Shown here in pieces: positions 29,402 to 40,421 of a stretch of DNA of 63,399 nucleotides. Origin of the DNA: Bacteroidota bacterium (GTDB lineage: Bacteria; Bacteroidota; Bacteroidia; Bacteroidales; Paludibacteraceae); NCBI GenBank assembly GCA_041814825.1, contig JBGXXV010000080.1, positions 1 to 63,399 of the forward strand. Direction: 5' to 3'. The stretch's first letter is position 1. Each line of letters starts with the position of its first letter. The translations under genes were made by a program, and so were the position numbers. The notes below the pieces were generated by a model, which saw nothing but the letters and a program-made list of their open reading frames with translations, searched no databases and was not told the DNA's origin.

Positions 29402-30178
29402 TTAAGATTCAAGGGCTTTTTCTATCAACGAAAAGTCCGAAAGTATATCGGCTTTGCCCTTACGTACTGCTACTGCGTGTTCGTAATGAGCTGCCCATTT
29501 GCGATCTCTGGTACGTGCAGTCCATCCGTCTTGGTCGATAGATATTGCGTGTTGCCCTATATTTATCATCGGTTCTATACATATAACCATATTTGATTTG
29601 AGCATAGGACCTTGCCCTCGCCTACCGTAATTAGGCACCTGAGGGTCTTCGTGCATACTTTTGCCTATACCGTGTCCAACCATCTCTCTTACACAAGAGT
29701 AACCCGCTGCCTCACAATATGTCTGTATGGCATTGGATATATCACCCACACGATTGCCTGCCACAGCCATCTCTATCCCTTTATACAAAGACTCTTTGGT
29801 AGTTTTGAGCAGACTTTTCACCTCGTCAGACACTTCGCCGACTGCAAATGTATAGGCACTATCACCGATAAATCCATATTTGCGAGTACAAAGGTCTATG
29901 GAGAGTATATCGCCTTCTTTGAGTATGGTAGATGCCGAAGGGATACCATGCACTACCACATCGTTCAACGACATACAGGTAGCATTCGGATATCCGTGAT
30001 AGCCTTTGCAAGGAGCTTCTGCTCCGTGGTCTTTAATAAACTCTTCGGCAAGACTATCAAGATATTTGGTAGATACTCCGGGCTTTACCAATGGGGCAAG
30101 CATTGCCAATGTCTGTGATACCAAAAGGCAATTTTCGCGGATTTTTTCTATCTCTTCCTCTGTTTTTATGTATATCAT
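29402..30178 (-). CDS. map: Type I methionyl aminopeptidase
   Basis: VVHGIP, GDSAYTF, GHGIG..MHEDP, IEPMIN and AHYEH motifs. Confidence 0.97.
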   Translation of the reverse strand: MIYIKTEEEIEKIRENCLLVSQTLAMLAPLVKPGVSTKYLDSLAEEFIKDHGAEAPCKGYHGYPNATCMSLNDVVVHGIPSASTILKEGDILSIDLCTRKYGFIGDSAYTFAVGEVSDEVKSLLKTTKESLYKGIEMAVAGNRVGDISNAIQTYCEAAGYSCVREMVGHGIGKSMHEDPQVPNYGRRGQGPMLKSNMVICIEPMINIGQHAISIDQDGWTARTRDRKWAAHYEHAVAVRKGKADILSDFSLIEKALES

Positions 30179-30290
30179 TTTTAATTAATTGTATTCTCTC
30201 CGATTAGGGTGCAAAATTAATACTTTTTTTTGGAATAAATCCAAATTATGAAACAGACAACCAATTAAATTTATCAATTGGTTTTATAAA

Positions 30291-30324
30291 AAAAAGAGAC
30301 TTCACAAGAAAGTCTCCTTTTTTT
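30291..30324 (-). terminator. Terminator after the M16 peptidase gene
   Basis: GAGACTT/AAGTCTC stem with A and T runs on either side. Confidence 0.6.
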
Positions 30325-30348
30325 ATTGTCTCTATATCTTTATATAGA

Positions 30349-33294
30349 TTACATTTCGCCTCCTTTGAATATTTTTGTAAGCGGTACACGGTTTACTTTA
30401 CCGTATTTGCTTTCGATAGCTTTGAGGTCGATATACTTAGGATTGCCGTGTATAACAATGATAACCGGAGCATTCTTGATTTTTTCGTTATAGAATTTGG
30501 TTATATCGTCAAATGTAAGAGCCTCTGCTTTAGGGTAAAGCATTTTAGCAGGATCTTCGGTATATCCCATCTTTTTAAGAGACTCGAAATACATACTCTT
30601 CTGTCTAAACGGAACGCTTTCAGACTGGAGTTCGGACTTAATTTGTGCTTTTAGCTCTCCTATATATGAAGTGTACTGAGGCATATTTTTCAACAAATCC
30701 ATATATACATCCACTACTATATTTACCTTATCGTTTTGGGTACCGGTAGAGCCCATAAACCAACTTGTGTTGTTAAGAGCATTGCCGGCGGCATAACCAT
30801 AAGTACTATAAGCCAAAGAACGCTCTTCGCGAATTTCGGTGAAAGTCAATGTATTGAGACCACCTGCTCCGAAATATCTGGTGAATGCGGTATAGTCCAG
30901 TTGCTCAGACTTGTCGTACTTACCTATTGGGAAATACATAGTAACGTCTGCCTGTTGTATATCGGAGTTGGGCAAGAAGTAAATTTCGGGGGTGCTGTAT
31001 GATACACGGTCGCGATAGAATGGTTTTTGAGCCTCTACTACCGTTTTCTGTGTAGGCACCGTACCTTTTAGAATACCGGCTACTTCGCTGATAGGTTTTG
31101 CTCCGGCATAATGCACATCTACCGGGTAAGAGGTTACCTTCTGTATAGCTGCGGTAAGGTCGGAGTTGGTAACAAGGAAGTTGTATCCCGACTCGCCCAT
31201 AAATATTAGCTCTTTGGAAGGTATTCGGTCGATATATGGAGATTTGTCGCCATACTGGATATATTGCATAAGAGCAGAAGATATAATACCGGGAATACGT
31301 TTTTCGAACATACGCCCTTGTACTTCACTTGCCATAACAGCCTCTATCTGTTTATTGTCAAGCTTTGGCATCAAAAACAGACGGAATACAATAGGCATAA
31401 TCTTATCCAAGTCTTTTTCGTTACCTTGTACGCTGATATAAAAAGAATTGTCGTCGATGCCTACACCATAAGAAGCTCCATATCTCGACAGTTCGCGTCT
31501 AAGGTCGTTGTTCGACTGGCTCGGCATAGTACCGGCATAGTTCATAAGTGCTGCCGCATATTGCAATTTAGGGTCGGTATGTGTACCAACTTTATACTCG
31601 AGAGTAAGAGAGAAGATATCGTTTTTCTTATTCTCTACATAAAAGAGCTGTCCGCCATTAAACAGATGTTCGGTTTTGATATCCGAGAAGTCCGTAAATT
31701 TAGGTGCCGGTGCTTGACCCGGATTTTTGGTAAACTCTTTGTAGTACTTAGAATACTCCTCTGCCGGCGATTCGAGTTTGGCTATGTTAGATTTGTCGTA
31801 AAGTTGTATTTTAGGATCGCCCTCAGAGAAAGAAATAGTAAGATAGTTGCCGGAAAAGTATTTGTTAGCAACAGTTTTAATATCATCAAGAGTTATAGCC
31901 TTAATCTCCTGTTCCATATTAAAGAAATCTTCCATAGGTATGCCATAGGTATATGATTCTGTAGCTACATTTATTTTACCACTTTCAGACTCATCAAATA
32001 GTTTAACCATATTTAGATAAGAGTCTTTAACCGATTGGAAAAGCCAAGATGGCACCTGTCCGCGTTTCAACTTGTTTATCTCTGCCATTATAAGCCTTTC
32101 GGTAGCAGCATCGGAAGCATAGGTATATTGGCTTACATCAAAGTATGGAGAAGCTTGCACCACAATCTTCCCACAATCACGGAATGACATAAGGGATGCT
32201 CCGGCACCCTGAACATCTCCATCCATAGATAACTTATCCAAAAGACCGGTATTATATTGATTGTTTAGAAGCGAAAGCATAAATTGTATTTTAAACTCAT
32301 CGGGGTGTCCTTTTTTTACACCGTCAAAACCCCATACAATCGCTGGCGAATAACCTATTTTAACTTTAACTTTCTCATTGTTTTTAAGAGGTGTGGGTAC
32401 GGTTGGTACTCGTTTTGGCAACTCTTTATATTTCATTTTGCCAAAAGTCTTTTCGATCATTGGTTTTACCGTAGCAGGATCGAAATTGCCATAAAGCAAA
32501 AGTCCCATATTATTAGGCACATACCAATCTTCGAAAAACTTAATCATAGGCGAAAGGCTTGGATTCTTTAAGTGTTCGGGCGAACCTATCACATCACGCT
32601 CATAAGTAGAACCTTTGAAAATATGCGAGAACATAGCTGTATATTGTTGATAACTAACACTGGGTGTTCTCATATTTAGCTCTTCAAAAACGTTTTCCAT
32701 CTCTGCTTGGAATTCGCGATAAACCGGATTGGTAAAGTGGTCAACATAGAGCTTCAACCATCTTTCTGTTTCGTGAGTAGGGAATTCGTTATGATATACT
32801 GTTTGGTCATAAGAGGTATAAGCATTTAGATTAATACCTCCGAGGTTTTGAATAAGAGTCGAAAACTCGGAGCCTCTGCTGATTTTGGATGCGGCTACCG
32901 ACAACTCATTGATTTTTTTTGTTAGCTCATCTCTTTTGGCTTTGTCTTTTTTGGGGTCTTTGAGCTTTGCCTTTTCGTCATAGAGCTTGATAATTTGCTC
33001 ATACATAGGCTTCTCTTTTTCCCAATCGAGAGCACCTATCTCTTGCGTACCTTTAAACAACATGTGTTCCAAATAGTGAGCCAACCCTGTAAAGTCTGCC
33101 GGCTCGTCGATAGAACCTGCTCTCACAGTAAGCTGACCATAAACATTAGGTTTCTCTTTGTCAACCCAAAGATAGACCGTCAAACCATTTTGTAGCTTGT
33201 ACTCCTCAAAACCTTCTCTAAGATTGGTCTGAGAGAAAACTCCTAAACTAACAGCCACAAAAGCCATTAACATCAAGAATGTTCTTTTAATCAT
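30349..33294 (-). CDS. Exported M16 (pitrilysin/insulinase family) zinc peptidase
   Basis: Signal peptide; GLAHYLEHMLFKGT inverted zinc motif; NAYTS; EIREERSLAYS. Confidence 0.92.
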   Translation of the reverse strand: MIKRTFLMLMAFVAVSLGVFSQTNLREGFEEYKLQNGLTVYLWVDKEKPNVYGQLTVRAGSIDEPADFTGLAHYLEHMLFKGTQEIGALDWEKEKPMYEQIIKLYDEKAKLKDPKKDKAKRDELTKKINELSVAASKISRGSEFSTLIQNLGGINLNAYTSYDQTVYHNEFPTHETERWLKLYVDHFTNPVYREFQAEMENVFEELNMRTPSVSYQQYTAMFSHIFKGSTYERDVIGSPEHLKNPSLSPMIKFFEDWYVPNNMGLLLYGNFDPATVKPMIEKTFGKMKYKELPKRVPTVPTPLKNNEKVKVKIGYSPAIVWGFDGVKKGHPDEFKIQFMLSLLNNQYNTGLLDKLSMDGDVQGAGASLMSFRDCGKIVVQASPYFDVSQYTYASDAATERLIMAEINKLKRGQVPSWLFQSVKDSYLNMVKLFDESESGKINVATESYTYGIPMEDFFNMEQEIKAITLDDIKTVANKYFSGNYLTISFSEGDPKIQLYDKSNIAKLESPAEEYSKYYKEFTKNPGQAPAPKFTDFSDIKTEHLFNGGQLFYVENKKNDIFSLTLEYKVGTHTDPKLQYAAALMNYAGTMPSQSNNDLRRELSRYGASYGVGIDDNSFYISVQGNEKDLDKIMPIVFRLFLMPKLDNKQIEAVMASEVQGRMFEKRIPGIISSALMQYIQYGDKSPYIDRIPSKELIFMGESGYNFLVTNSDLTAAIQKVTSYPVDVHYAGAKPISEVAGILKGTVPTQKTVVEAQKPFYRDRVSYSTPEIYFLPNSDIQQADVTMYFPIGKYDKSEQLDYTAFTRYFGAGGLNTLTFTEIREERSLAYSTYGYAAGNALNNTSWFMGSTGTQNDKVNIVVDVYMDLLKNMPQYTSYIGELKAQIKSELQSESVPFRQKSMYFESLKKMGYTEDPAKMLYPKAEALTFDDITKFYNEKIKNAPVIIVIHGNPKYIDLKAIESKYGKVNRVPLTKIFKGGEM

Positions 33295-33640
33295 AATTTT
33301 AATTATTAATTTTTATATTTAACTGAATTATATTATTTATTCATATTTTGACAGAATACAAAAGTAGTTATTTTTTTTATTATCTCAACACATTAATTTT
33401 GCTTAAATAGAGAAACAACGTTTAATTGTATATTTTTTATTATAGTAATACAAAAGTTTGGAGGATATAAAATACAAGCAAATAATAAAAAAAAACGGAC
33501 AATCAGCCTATATAGTAATAAATTGATGTTTATTATTCACAAAAACAGATGCCAAAGTGCCCTATATTTCTCGATACTACTCTCTAAACACATAGTAGCA
33601 TTAAGATAAAGTATTGAGTAAACAAATCCTTATCAAAATA

Positions 33641-33671
33641 AAAAAGGACTTTTAGACAAAGTCCTTTTTTA
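33641..33671 (-). terminator. Terminator immediately after rpsJ
   Basis: AAAAAGGACTT/AAGTCCTTTTT inverted repeat about 20 bp past the stop codon. Confidence 0.75.
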
Positions 33672-33690
33672 TTCATTTACAGATTGAAAT

Positions 33691-33999
33691 TTATACCTTA
33701 ATTTCTACCGAAACACCGCTTGGGAGTTCAAGTTTCATCAAAGCATCGACTACCTGAGAGGTCGAAGAGTAGATATCTATCAATCTTTTGTAATAAGATA
33801 ATTCAAACTGTTCGCGTGATTTCTTGTTTACGAAAGTAGAACGATTTACTGTAAAAATTCTCTTGTGAGTAGGCAACGGAATAGGTCCACTGACTGCCGC
33901 TCCCGTAGCTTTTACTGTTTTTACAATCTTCTCTGCCGACTTATCTACCAAATTGTAGTCGTACGATTTCAATTTAATTCTGATTTTTTGTTGACTCAT
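33691..33999 (-). CDS. rpsJ: 30S ribosomal protein S10
   Basis: [26 protein letters not shown] and LELPSGV motifs. Confidence 0.98.
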   Translation of the reverse strand: MSQQKIRIKLKSYDYNLVDKSAEKIVKTVKATGAAVSGPIPLPTHKRIFTVNRSTFVNKKSREQFELSYYKRLIDIYSSTSQVVDALMKLELPSGVSVEIKV

Positions 34000-34152
34000 A
34001 AAACATTTATTTTTATTTAGTTATTAATTTTTTAGGGTTAAGAGTCATTCGCTAACCCAAGTAAATTTTTTAGTGTGCAAAATTAATATAATTTTCTATA
34101 ACATCAGCACAAAAATCAAAAGTTTTTACGGTTTAGTGACTTTATTTTAGTA

Positions 34153-34446
34153 TCAATGATTTTTATTTTTGGTCTTCTCTATCTGTCTTTCGAGTGCCGA
34201 TACGCATTCGTCTATTGCTTGCTCAAACGAATCGGCTACCTTGGAGGCAAACAGACGAGTGTTTGGCGCATTTATCGTGATATCTGCTTCTTTATTCTCC
34301 ACAGCCTCAGGCTTGGTAACCTTTAAGTTGACTGTCGCAGATATGGCTCTGTCAAAAAATTTATCTAATTTCGACATCTTTTTGTCGATGTAAACTCTTA
34401 GTTTGTCCGTAGCGTCAAACTTAATCGATTGAATTGTGATTTCCAT
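34153..34446 (-). CDS. hpf: Ribosome hibernation promoting factor (short HPF/RaiA)
   Basis: IQSIKFDATDKL..KLDKF and LFAS..ADSFEQAID..LERQ motifs. Confidence 0.9.
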   Translation of the reverse strand: MEITIQSIKFDATDKLRVYIDKKMSKLDKFFDRAISATVNLKVTKPEAVENKEADITINAPNTRLFASKVADSFEQAIDECVSALERQIEKTKNKNH

Positions 34447-34770
34447 AATATTCTCCTTATTTAAAAGTTAATAAATATGTGATTTATTATTTTGCTACAA
34501 AGATAATAAAAGAGTTTGGGAAAAACAACCTTTTCTCAAACATTTTTAAACAAAATTTCACAATCAACTGATTTACCCAATTTTATACATCAAATTAATA
34601 AAAACTTTGGTAGGCATGATAGTCTTTTCGGTTATTTACCAACAAAACATAAAAAAAAACTTAACCGAATAACTTGAAAACTCCACTTACCTCAACTAAT
34701 GGCAAAACTCGAAACTATCAAAACTTTTCCCTACCTTTGCACTCACTAATAGCAAAACATATTCAACACA

Positions 34771-35877
34771 ATGATAAAGTTTACCATACTGACAAATACT
34801 CGTCTTTTATTAATATCGTTATTATTAACCTTAGGCGGCACCTGCTTTTCGCAAGAATTGCTATGGCAAGTAGGCGTACATAACCTATTCGACAACAGCG
34901 AATTTGCGACTTCGCCCACAAGAGCATCGAGAACAATGAGCGGCACACATATACGACCTATTATCGGCATTGGTATTGATAGCAAACACCAAATATTGGT
35001 AGGGACCGACCTAAATCACGAATGGGGCAATAACCAATTAGTATCTAAGGCAAAACTGATAGCACATTACAGATACAATATACCGAACTTCGAGTTCAAT
35101 ATCGGAGCTTTCCCTAAAAAAGCCCTATTGGGGCGTTATCCCCGCAATATGTTTAGTGACTCCGTATATTGGGCTCAGCCTGTGATTAACGGTTTTTTTA
35201 TCGAGTATCGACACAATAAAAGCTATGCCAACTTTTGGCTCGATTGGGCAGAGGCAGAAAAAGCTATAACTTACGAGGCGTTTTATGTCGGTTGGTCGGG
35301 GCGATTACAAAAAAACATTTTCAATATACAGCACTTCGGTTATATGTTTCATCAAGTGATGTTCGACAATACGGACTCTATCAACAATACGCCTTCGATA
35401 AGTGTCAAAGACAACGTAAAGACCGTTACCGCCTTGGGCATAGACCTCGACGGACATACCGTATTCGACCGATTGGAGAGTAGTATAGGTGCATCGGTGT
35501 CGATGGAGAGAGACCGCAAAACCGGCGAGACTCATATCCCTGTCGGACTTATTTGGGAGTCAGACATAGAGTTTCGCGGACTTGGGCTAAAAAACACGTT
35601 TTACTACGGCAATAGCCAGCAGAAGTTTTACGACCGATACGGCAACCATCTCTATTGGGGCGATTTGATGTACAAAACTCAATTGTACAACAGAGTTGAC
35701 TTAATCGTATATTTCTACAAATCAAACATATTGAATATAAAACTCGAACTGTCGTTACACTTCGCCGAGAAACGAATATACAATCAGCAGATACTGACAG
35801 CCTCTTTCGACCTCGACAATTTTAGAAACAAAACTCTCGACAAAAGCTACAAATACATTTGGGATAGCCTTTTCTGA
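34771..35877 (+). CDS. Hypothetical exported protein, probable outer-membrane beta-barrel
   Basis: 368-aa ORF; signal peptide; aromatic-rich alternating strands; ends in F; TACCTTTG element upstream. Confidence 0.7.
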   Translation: MIKFTILTNTRLLLISLLLTLGGTCFSQELLWQVGVHNLFDNSEFATSPTRASRTMSGTHIRPIIGIGIDSKHQILVGTDLNHEWGNNQLVSKAKLIAHYRYNIPNFEFNIGAFPKKALLGRYPRNMFSDSVYWAQPVINGFFIEYRHNKSYANFWLDWAEAEKAITYEAFYVGWSGRLQKNIFNIQHFGYMFHQVMFDNTDSINNTPSISVKDNVKTVTALGIDLDGHTVFDRLESSIGASVSMERDRKTGETHIPVGLIWESDIEFRGLGLKNTFYYGNSQQKFYDRYGNHLYWGDLMYKTQLYNRVDLIVYFYKSNILNIKLELSLHFAEKRIYNQQILTASFDLDNFRNKTLDKSYKYIWDSLF

Positions 35878-36023
35878 ACGGCACCTGGGGAGTAGAAAGT
35901 TTTTAATATCTCGTTTATTTGTCGGAGTAGGCAAAAAAAAGCATCCGTTACTATCTAAAAAACAAAAGAGTACCTATATTCAAATACTCTTTCGTCTCAT
36001 TTATTTATATATCAATATCAAAA

Positions 36024-37805
36024 TTACAACTTATCCGACAATTGCGATAGTTTGGCTTTTAGCTCTTCTATTTTTTTGTTCATCTCATCTACAAGAGAGT
36101 TCCCTTTTTTAGACGACGAGGTAAGGAACAGGATGTTGTTTTCGTAAGCAGCAATCTCTTTTTTAAGAGCATTATACTCTTTAAGATATTTGTTGGAAGC
36201 CTCGTCTAACGCTTTGTTGTCATCTTTTCTGTTTTTTCTGTCGAAAACAATATCGAATTTATTATCAATAGCCTTTTTAAACTCGCTGTTTACATTTGCT
36301 TTCTCTTTGATAGGCACAAATCCTATTTTGTCGAACTCTGCCATAATCTCTTTCAAAGCAGCTACATCGCTGTTTTTATCGCCTGTGGGGACAAATTCGT
36401 TCACTTTTTCGACCAAAGATTTTTTCTGTTTCAGATTATCCTCCTCTGCGGCTCTTGCCTCTGACGAAATTTGATTCTTTTGATCAAAAATATAGTCACA
36501 CACAGCGGAGAATTTCTCCCAAACCTCATCAGAATGCTTTTTAACGGTAGCACCTATCTTACGCCACTCTTTTTGAAGCTCTTTGACTGTTTCGGATGCC
36601 TCTTTCCAGTTTTCGGTAGCTTTCAGAGCCTCTGCCTTTTCCAAAAGAACTTTACGTTTAGCCAGATTGTCTGCCATCTCCTCTTTTATTCCCTTATAAA
36701 AAGTATTCTTGGCTTTGAAAAACTTGTCGCAAGCCTCTCTAAAACGCTTAAAAATCTTATTATTAGCCTTTTTCGTAGCAAAACCAATCTTTTTCCACTC
36801 CTCTTGTATAGCCAGTATCTCTTCTATCTTGTCTTGCCACTGTTTTCTGGTCTTCAATTTTTCTAAGTCGATAGCTTCGACCTTCTCGCATAGAGCGGTT
36901 TTTAGTTTTAGGTTTTCCTCCTCTTGTTCTTTGAGATTTTCGAAGTATGCCTGATGTTTTTTGTTTATCTTGGTAGATGCCTCTTTGAAACGGTTCCAAA
37001 TTGTCTCACGTTCCTCTTTGGCTACCGGTCCTATCTCTCGCCACTCTTCGTGAAGATTTTGTAATGTATTAAAAGCAAGCACCGCATTAGGCTCATCTTC
37101 GAGCTTTTCGGCAGTGGCACAGAGAGCTGTTTTGAGTTCGAGATTTTTTTTGAAATCATATTCGCGAAGCTCATTATTGATTTTTATCAAATCATAAAAT
37201 TTTTCTTGATATTTGTTGTATGTCTTCCAAATTTCGGTTACTGCCGACTGTGGTATCTGACCGATACTTTTCCACTCCTGCTGTAATTTTCTAAAAGCAG
37301 GAATAGTGGTCGATAGGTCGTCGGTAGAGTTTGTAAGCTCTTCGAGCTTAGTTAATATCTCTTCTTTTAATTTTAGATTTTTCTCCTTTTCTTCTGCCAA
37401 CATAGCATTTGCAGAAGCCTTCATCTCTTTATACCTACCGAGCAATTCTTTAAAAGCCTCCTCTACACTATCTACAACCTTTTCGACCACCTCGTCGCCT
37501 TGGCTCAAGAGAGCGTCTTTCTCTTTTTGTTGTTTGTAAAAAGCTTGTTTGATAGCCTCTACCGAGTGCTTTATCTCGCCTACAACATTGTCTTTTGTAT
37601 TGTTAATCATATCGCTCAACTCTTTTACGAGCTCCTCGCGAGTGTGGTTGACATACGATTTTTCGTGCGACGACACTGCCTCTTCGTTCGATAGAGAAGC
37701 TACTTGGTCGGCATTAGGTACATTTGTGGTAGTTTCTGTCATACTGTTTGCAGAATTTTCAATAGGGTTGTTTAAAATGTTGTCTCGGTTTTCTAAATTG
37801 CTCAT
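36024..37805 (-). CDS. DUF349 domain-containing coiled-coil protein
   Basis: Repeated LQ.EW..IG.V......W..F motifs and NL..K..LC. Confidence 0.88.
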   Translation of the reverse strand: MSNLENRDNILNNPIENSANSMTETTTNVPNADQVASLSNEEAVSSHEKSYVNHTREELVKELSDMINNTKDNVVGEIKHSVEAIKQAFYKQQKEKDALLSQGDEVVEKVVDSVEEAFKELLGRYKEMKASANAMLAEEKEKNLKLKEEILTKLEELTNSTDDLSTTIPAFRKLQQEWKSIGQIPQSAVTEIWKTYNKYQEKFYDLIKINNELREYDFKKNLELKTALCATAEKLEDEPNAVLAFNTLQNLHEEWREIGPVAKEERETIWNRFKEASTKINKKHQAYFENLKEQEEENLKLKTALCEKVEAIDLEKLKTRKQWQDKIEEILAIQEEWKKIGFATKKANNKIFKRFREACDKFFKAKNTFYKGIKEEMADNLAKRKVLLEKAEALKATENWKEASETVKELQKEWRKIGATVKKHSDEVWEKFSAVCDYIFDQKNQISSEARAAEEDNLKQKKSLVEKVNEFVPTGDKNSDVAALKEIMAEFDKIGFVPIKEKANVNSEFKKAIDNKFDIVFDRKNRKDDNKALDEASNKYLKEYNALKKEIAAYENNILFLTSSSKKGNSLVDEMNKKIEELKAKLSQLSDKL

Positions 37806-37995
37806 AATTTAACATTAATAAGATTTTTCTTATTTTGGAATAACTAAACCGCAAAGGTATAAAAATATTTTGTAATTAATTCATTTATTTTTACAATCGC
37901 TGTTAAAATAATAGTGCAAACAATCGGTTGTTTTCACAAAAAACAATCATTGGCACAGCACAAACATTCAACATAAAACTATGACTATACAACAC

Positions 37996-39159
37996 TTACG
38001 AGGGACAAACCTGCCCTTCTCTTATTCTCATATTTTTTGTCAAAAGCCACAATGATATTATAGGCAACATAATATCAAAAAGTATTATAGAGACAAAATG
38101 TTTGGGCGAACCTAATTTTTTGGCCGTATTATTTACTATCAACACCTGCATCGTATATCTGAGCACAAACAAAAGCAATGCAAACGCTATAATATATATA
38201 TTAAATGTAAATATTGCTGTCAAAAGTGAGAGATAGAAGCCGAAACGAGTGATTGCCTCTACACCTATTCGCCTTCGGCTTCGTGGCGAATATAGCGAAG
38301 ATGCTTTCAGATGACGTTGTTTCTGTTTGAGCCATTTGTCAAAAGTCACCTCAGGCACAGACATCGTTTTGCTCTCGGCAGTACAGGCAATAGCCGTATT
38401 TTCGCTATTGCCGACTTTGTTTACCAGCAAATCGTCGTCGCCCGAAGATATATGAAGGTGACCGGCAAAACCTTTGTTTTGATAAAAAGTAGAACGCTTG
38501 TACATAAGATTACGCCCTACTCCCATATAAGGTTTGCCCGAATATGCAAAACCCAAATACTGCATTGCAATAAACAGAGTATCATAAGATATAAGCCTGC
38601 CGATAAAACTTTTCTCTCTTATGTAGTCACCATAACCTATTACCAACTCGGTATTTTTGTCCAGATTACGAACCATTAGATTTATCCATTGGTCAGAGAC
38701 AGGGTAACAGTCGGCATCGGTAAAGAGCAGCAGTTCGTTTTTGGCTGCTTTTACCCCTATGGTAATTGCAAGTTTTTTACGACTAATGATATTGGTATCA
38801 ATCGGCACATTGGTTATGTACAGATTGGGATATTGTTCGGCAAACGAATTGAGTACTCCCTCGGTGTTGTCCTCAGAGCCGTCGTTGACCAAGATTACTT
38901 CAAAATCGGGATAATCTTGCTCCATTATTTTAGGCAAGAAATTACGTAAATTCTCCTCTTCGTTGCGAGCACAAATAATAATAGACACAGGTGGCTGTTC
39001 GACAGAAAATCTCACTTTACCTTGAACTATTTTTCGATTTTGACGGATAACTCCCGAAAAATAATACAAATAATAATATACCTGCACACAAAAAAACAAA
39101 AACATTACCACTCCAAGTAGTAATAAAATAAGGTTAAAACCCTGAAAATACGACTCCAT
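37996..39159 (-). CDS. Family 2 glycosyltransferase with transmembrane helices
   Basis: VSIIICARNE, VNDGSED, FTDADC, SGDDDL and QKQRH motifs. Confidence 0.9.
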   Translation of the reverse strand: MESYFQGFNLILLLLGVVMFLFFCVQVYYYLYYFSGVIRQNRKIVQGKVRFSVEQPPVSIIICARNEEENLRNFLPKIMEQDYPDFEVILVNDGSEDNTEGVLNSFAEQYPNLYITNVPIDTNIISRKKLAITIGVKAAKNELLLFTDADCYPVSDQWINLMVRNLDKNTELVIGYGDYIREKSFIGRLISYDTLFIAMQYLGFAYSGKPYMGVGRNLMYKRSTFYQNKGFAGHLHISSGDDDLLVNKVGNSENTAIACTAESKTMSVPEVTFDKWLKQKQRHLKASSLYSPRSRRRIGVEAITRFGFYLSLLTAIFTFNIYIIAFALLLFVLRYTMQVLIVNNTAKKLGSPKHFVSIILFDIMLPIISLWLLTKNMRIREGQVCPS

Positions 39160-39335
39160 TAGTTTATGCTAAATTTTGTGCAAAGGTAATTCAAAAAAGC
39201 GATTTAACAAAAAGTAATTTTTATTAAAAAATCGGAATATGAGACAACGTAGTAAAGCAAATTGATAAACACCAACCTAAGAACAATAATGGTACATAAA
39301 AACAAAAAGAGGTCGCAAAACACAACCTCTTTTTG

Positions 39336-39408
<73 letters not shown>

Positions 39409-39810
39409 AATCTCTGTTTTCCAATTGGAATGCGAAAGTAATATTTTTTTTTGAACCGACAAAATATTTTGTGATTTTTCTGCAAAAAAAACATATTTTT
39501 TCTCACAAATGTTATTTATCCATTATTTGGTTTAAAAAAAAATCGCCACAAACAGCTATCGAACAACACTTTTTCGGCTACTTGCTCGTTATAACGCCAA
39601 TACACAAAGAGCCAAAAGGAGGATGTGGGGAGACAAGTCGCACATTCGACAGGAGAACCCTCTGACACACAAAGTTTTTCTATTATACAATTCGGGCATA
39701 TTGATTATTTTAATCACTTTTTATCGAAATTATTTTTTACCTTTGTATGTTTTTCAGTCTAATAACTGATAATTTATAAATAATATTAACTAAACCATAT
39801 TAGAAAAATC

Positions 39811-40356
39811 ATGAAGAAATTATTTTTATTATTCGTTGCTGTTTCTTTGGGCATATCCGCATTTGCTCAAGAGAAGAAATTTGTTCAGTTTGCCGAGTCT
39901 GTTTATGATTTCGGAGTAATCGCCGAAGGTGGTGGCAATTATGGTACTTTTACCGCCGTATTCAAATTTACAAACGTTGGCAATTCGCCTATTTTTATAG
40001 AGAATGCAAGAGCTTCGTGCGGATGCACCACTCCGAGAATAGACCTTAGCAAACCGATAGCTCCCGGCGACTCAAGCGAAATACCGGTTGCTTATAACAC
40101 CAACGGACGTCCCGGCTCTTTCAACAAAGATGTTACTATTACGTTCAAAAACGCTGCCGGCGAAACCAGCGTAGAAAGAATTGTAATTAAAGGAAGAGTT
40201 ACTCCCAAAGGAGCTCAAAATACGGCAAAAGAAGAAAACATATCGAAAAAAACAGAGCCACAGAAAGATAACGCTCAAAAAAGCAACAACAAAAACAAGT
40301 CGTCCGAACAGAAACCAAATAAGAAATCGAAAAAAAGCAAAGTCATACCAACTTGA
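39811..40356 (+). CDS. DUF1573 domain-containing exported protein with Lys-rich tail
   Basis: Signal peptide; YDFG, FKFTNVG..P, ASCGCTTP, PIAPG and RPGSFNK motifs. Confidence 0.85.
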   Translation: MKKLFLLFVAVSLGISAFAQEKKFVQFAESVYDFGVIAEGGGNYGTFTAVFKFTNVGNSPIFIENARASCGCTTPRIDLSKPIAPGDSSEIPVAYNTNGRPGSFNKDVTITFKNAAGETSVERIVIKGRVTPKGAQNTAKEENISKKTEPQKDNAQKSNNKNKSSEQKPNKKSKKSKVIPT

Positions 40357-40421
40357 TACTTAAAAAAACATAAAAAATACTAACTTTGCGGTTAGTATTT
40401 TTTTTAAGCTTTTGTTGTATC

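Noticed and set aside
39540-39670. Relatively GC-rich intergenic patch with a GGATGTG/CACATTC hairpin
   Set aside because: Only a 7-bp stem, with no promoter or terminator support and no recognisable ncRNA motif
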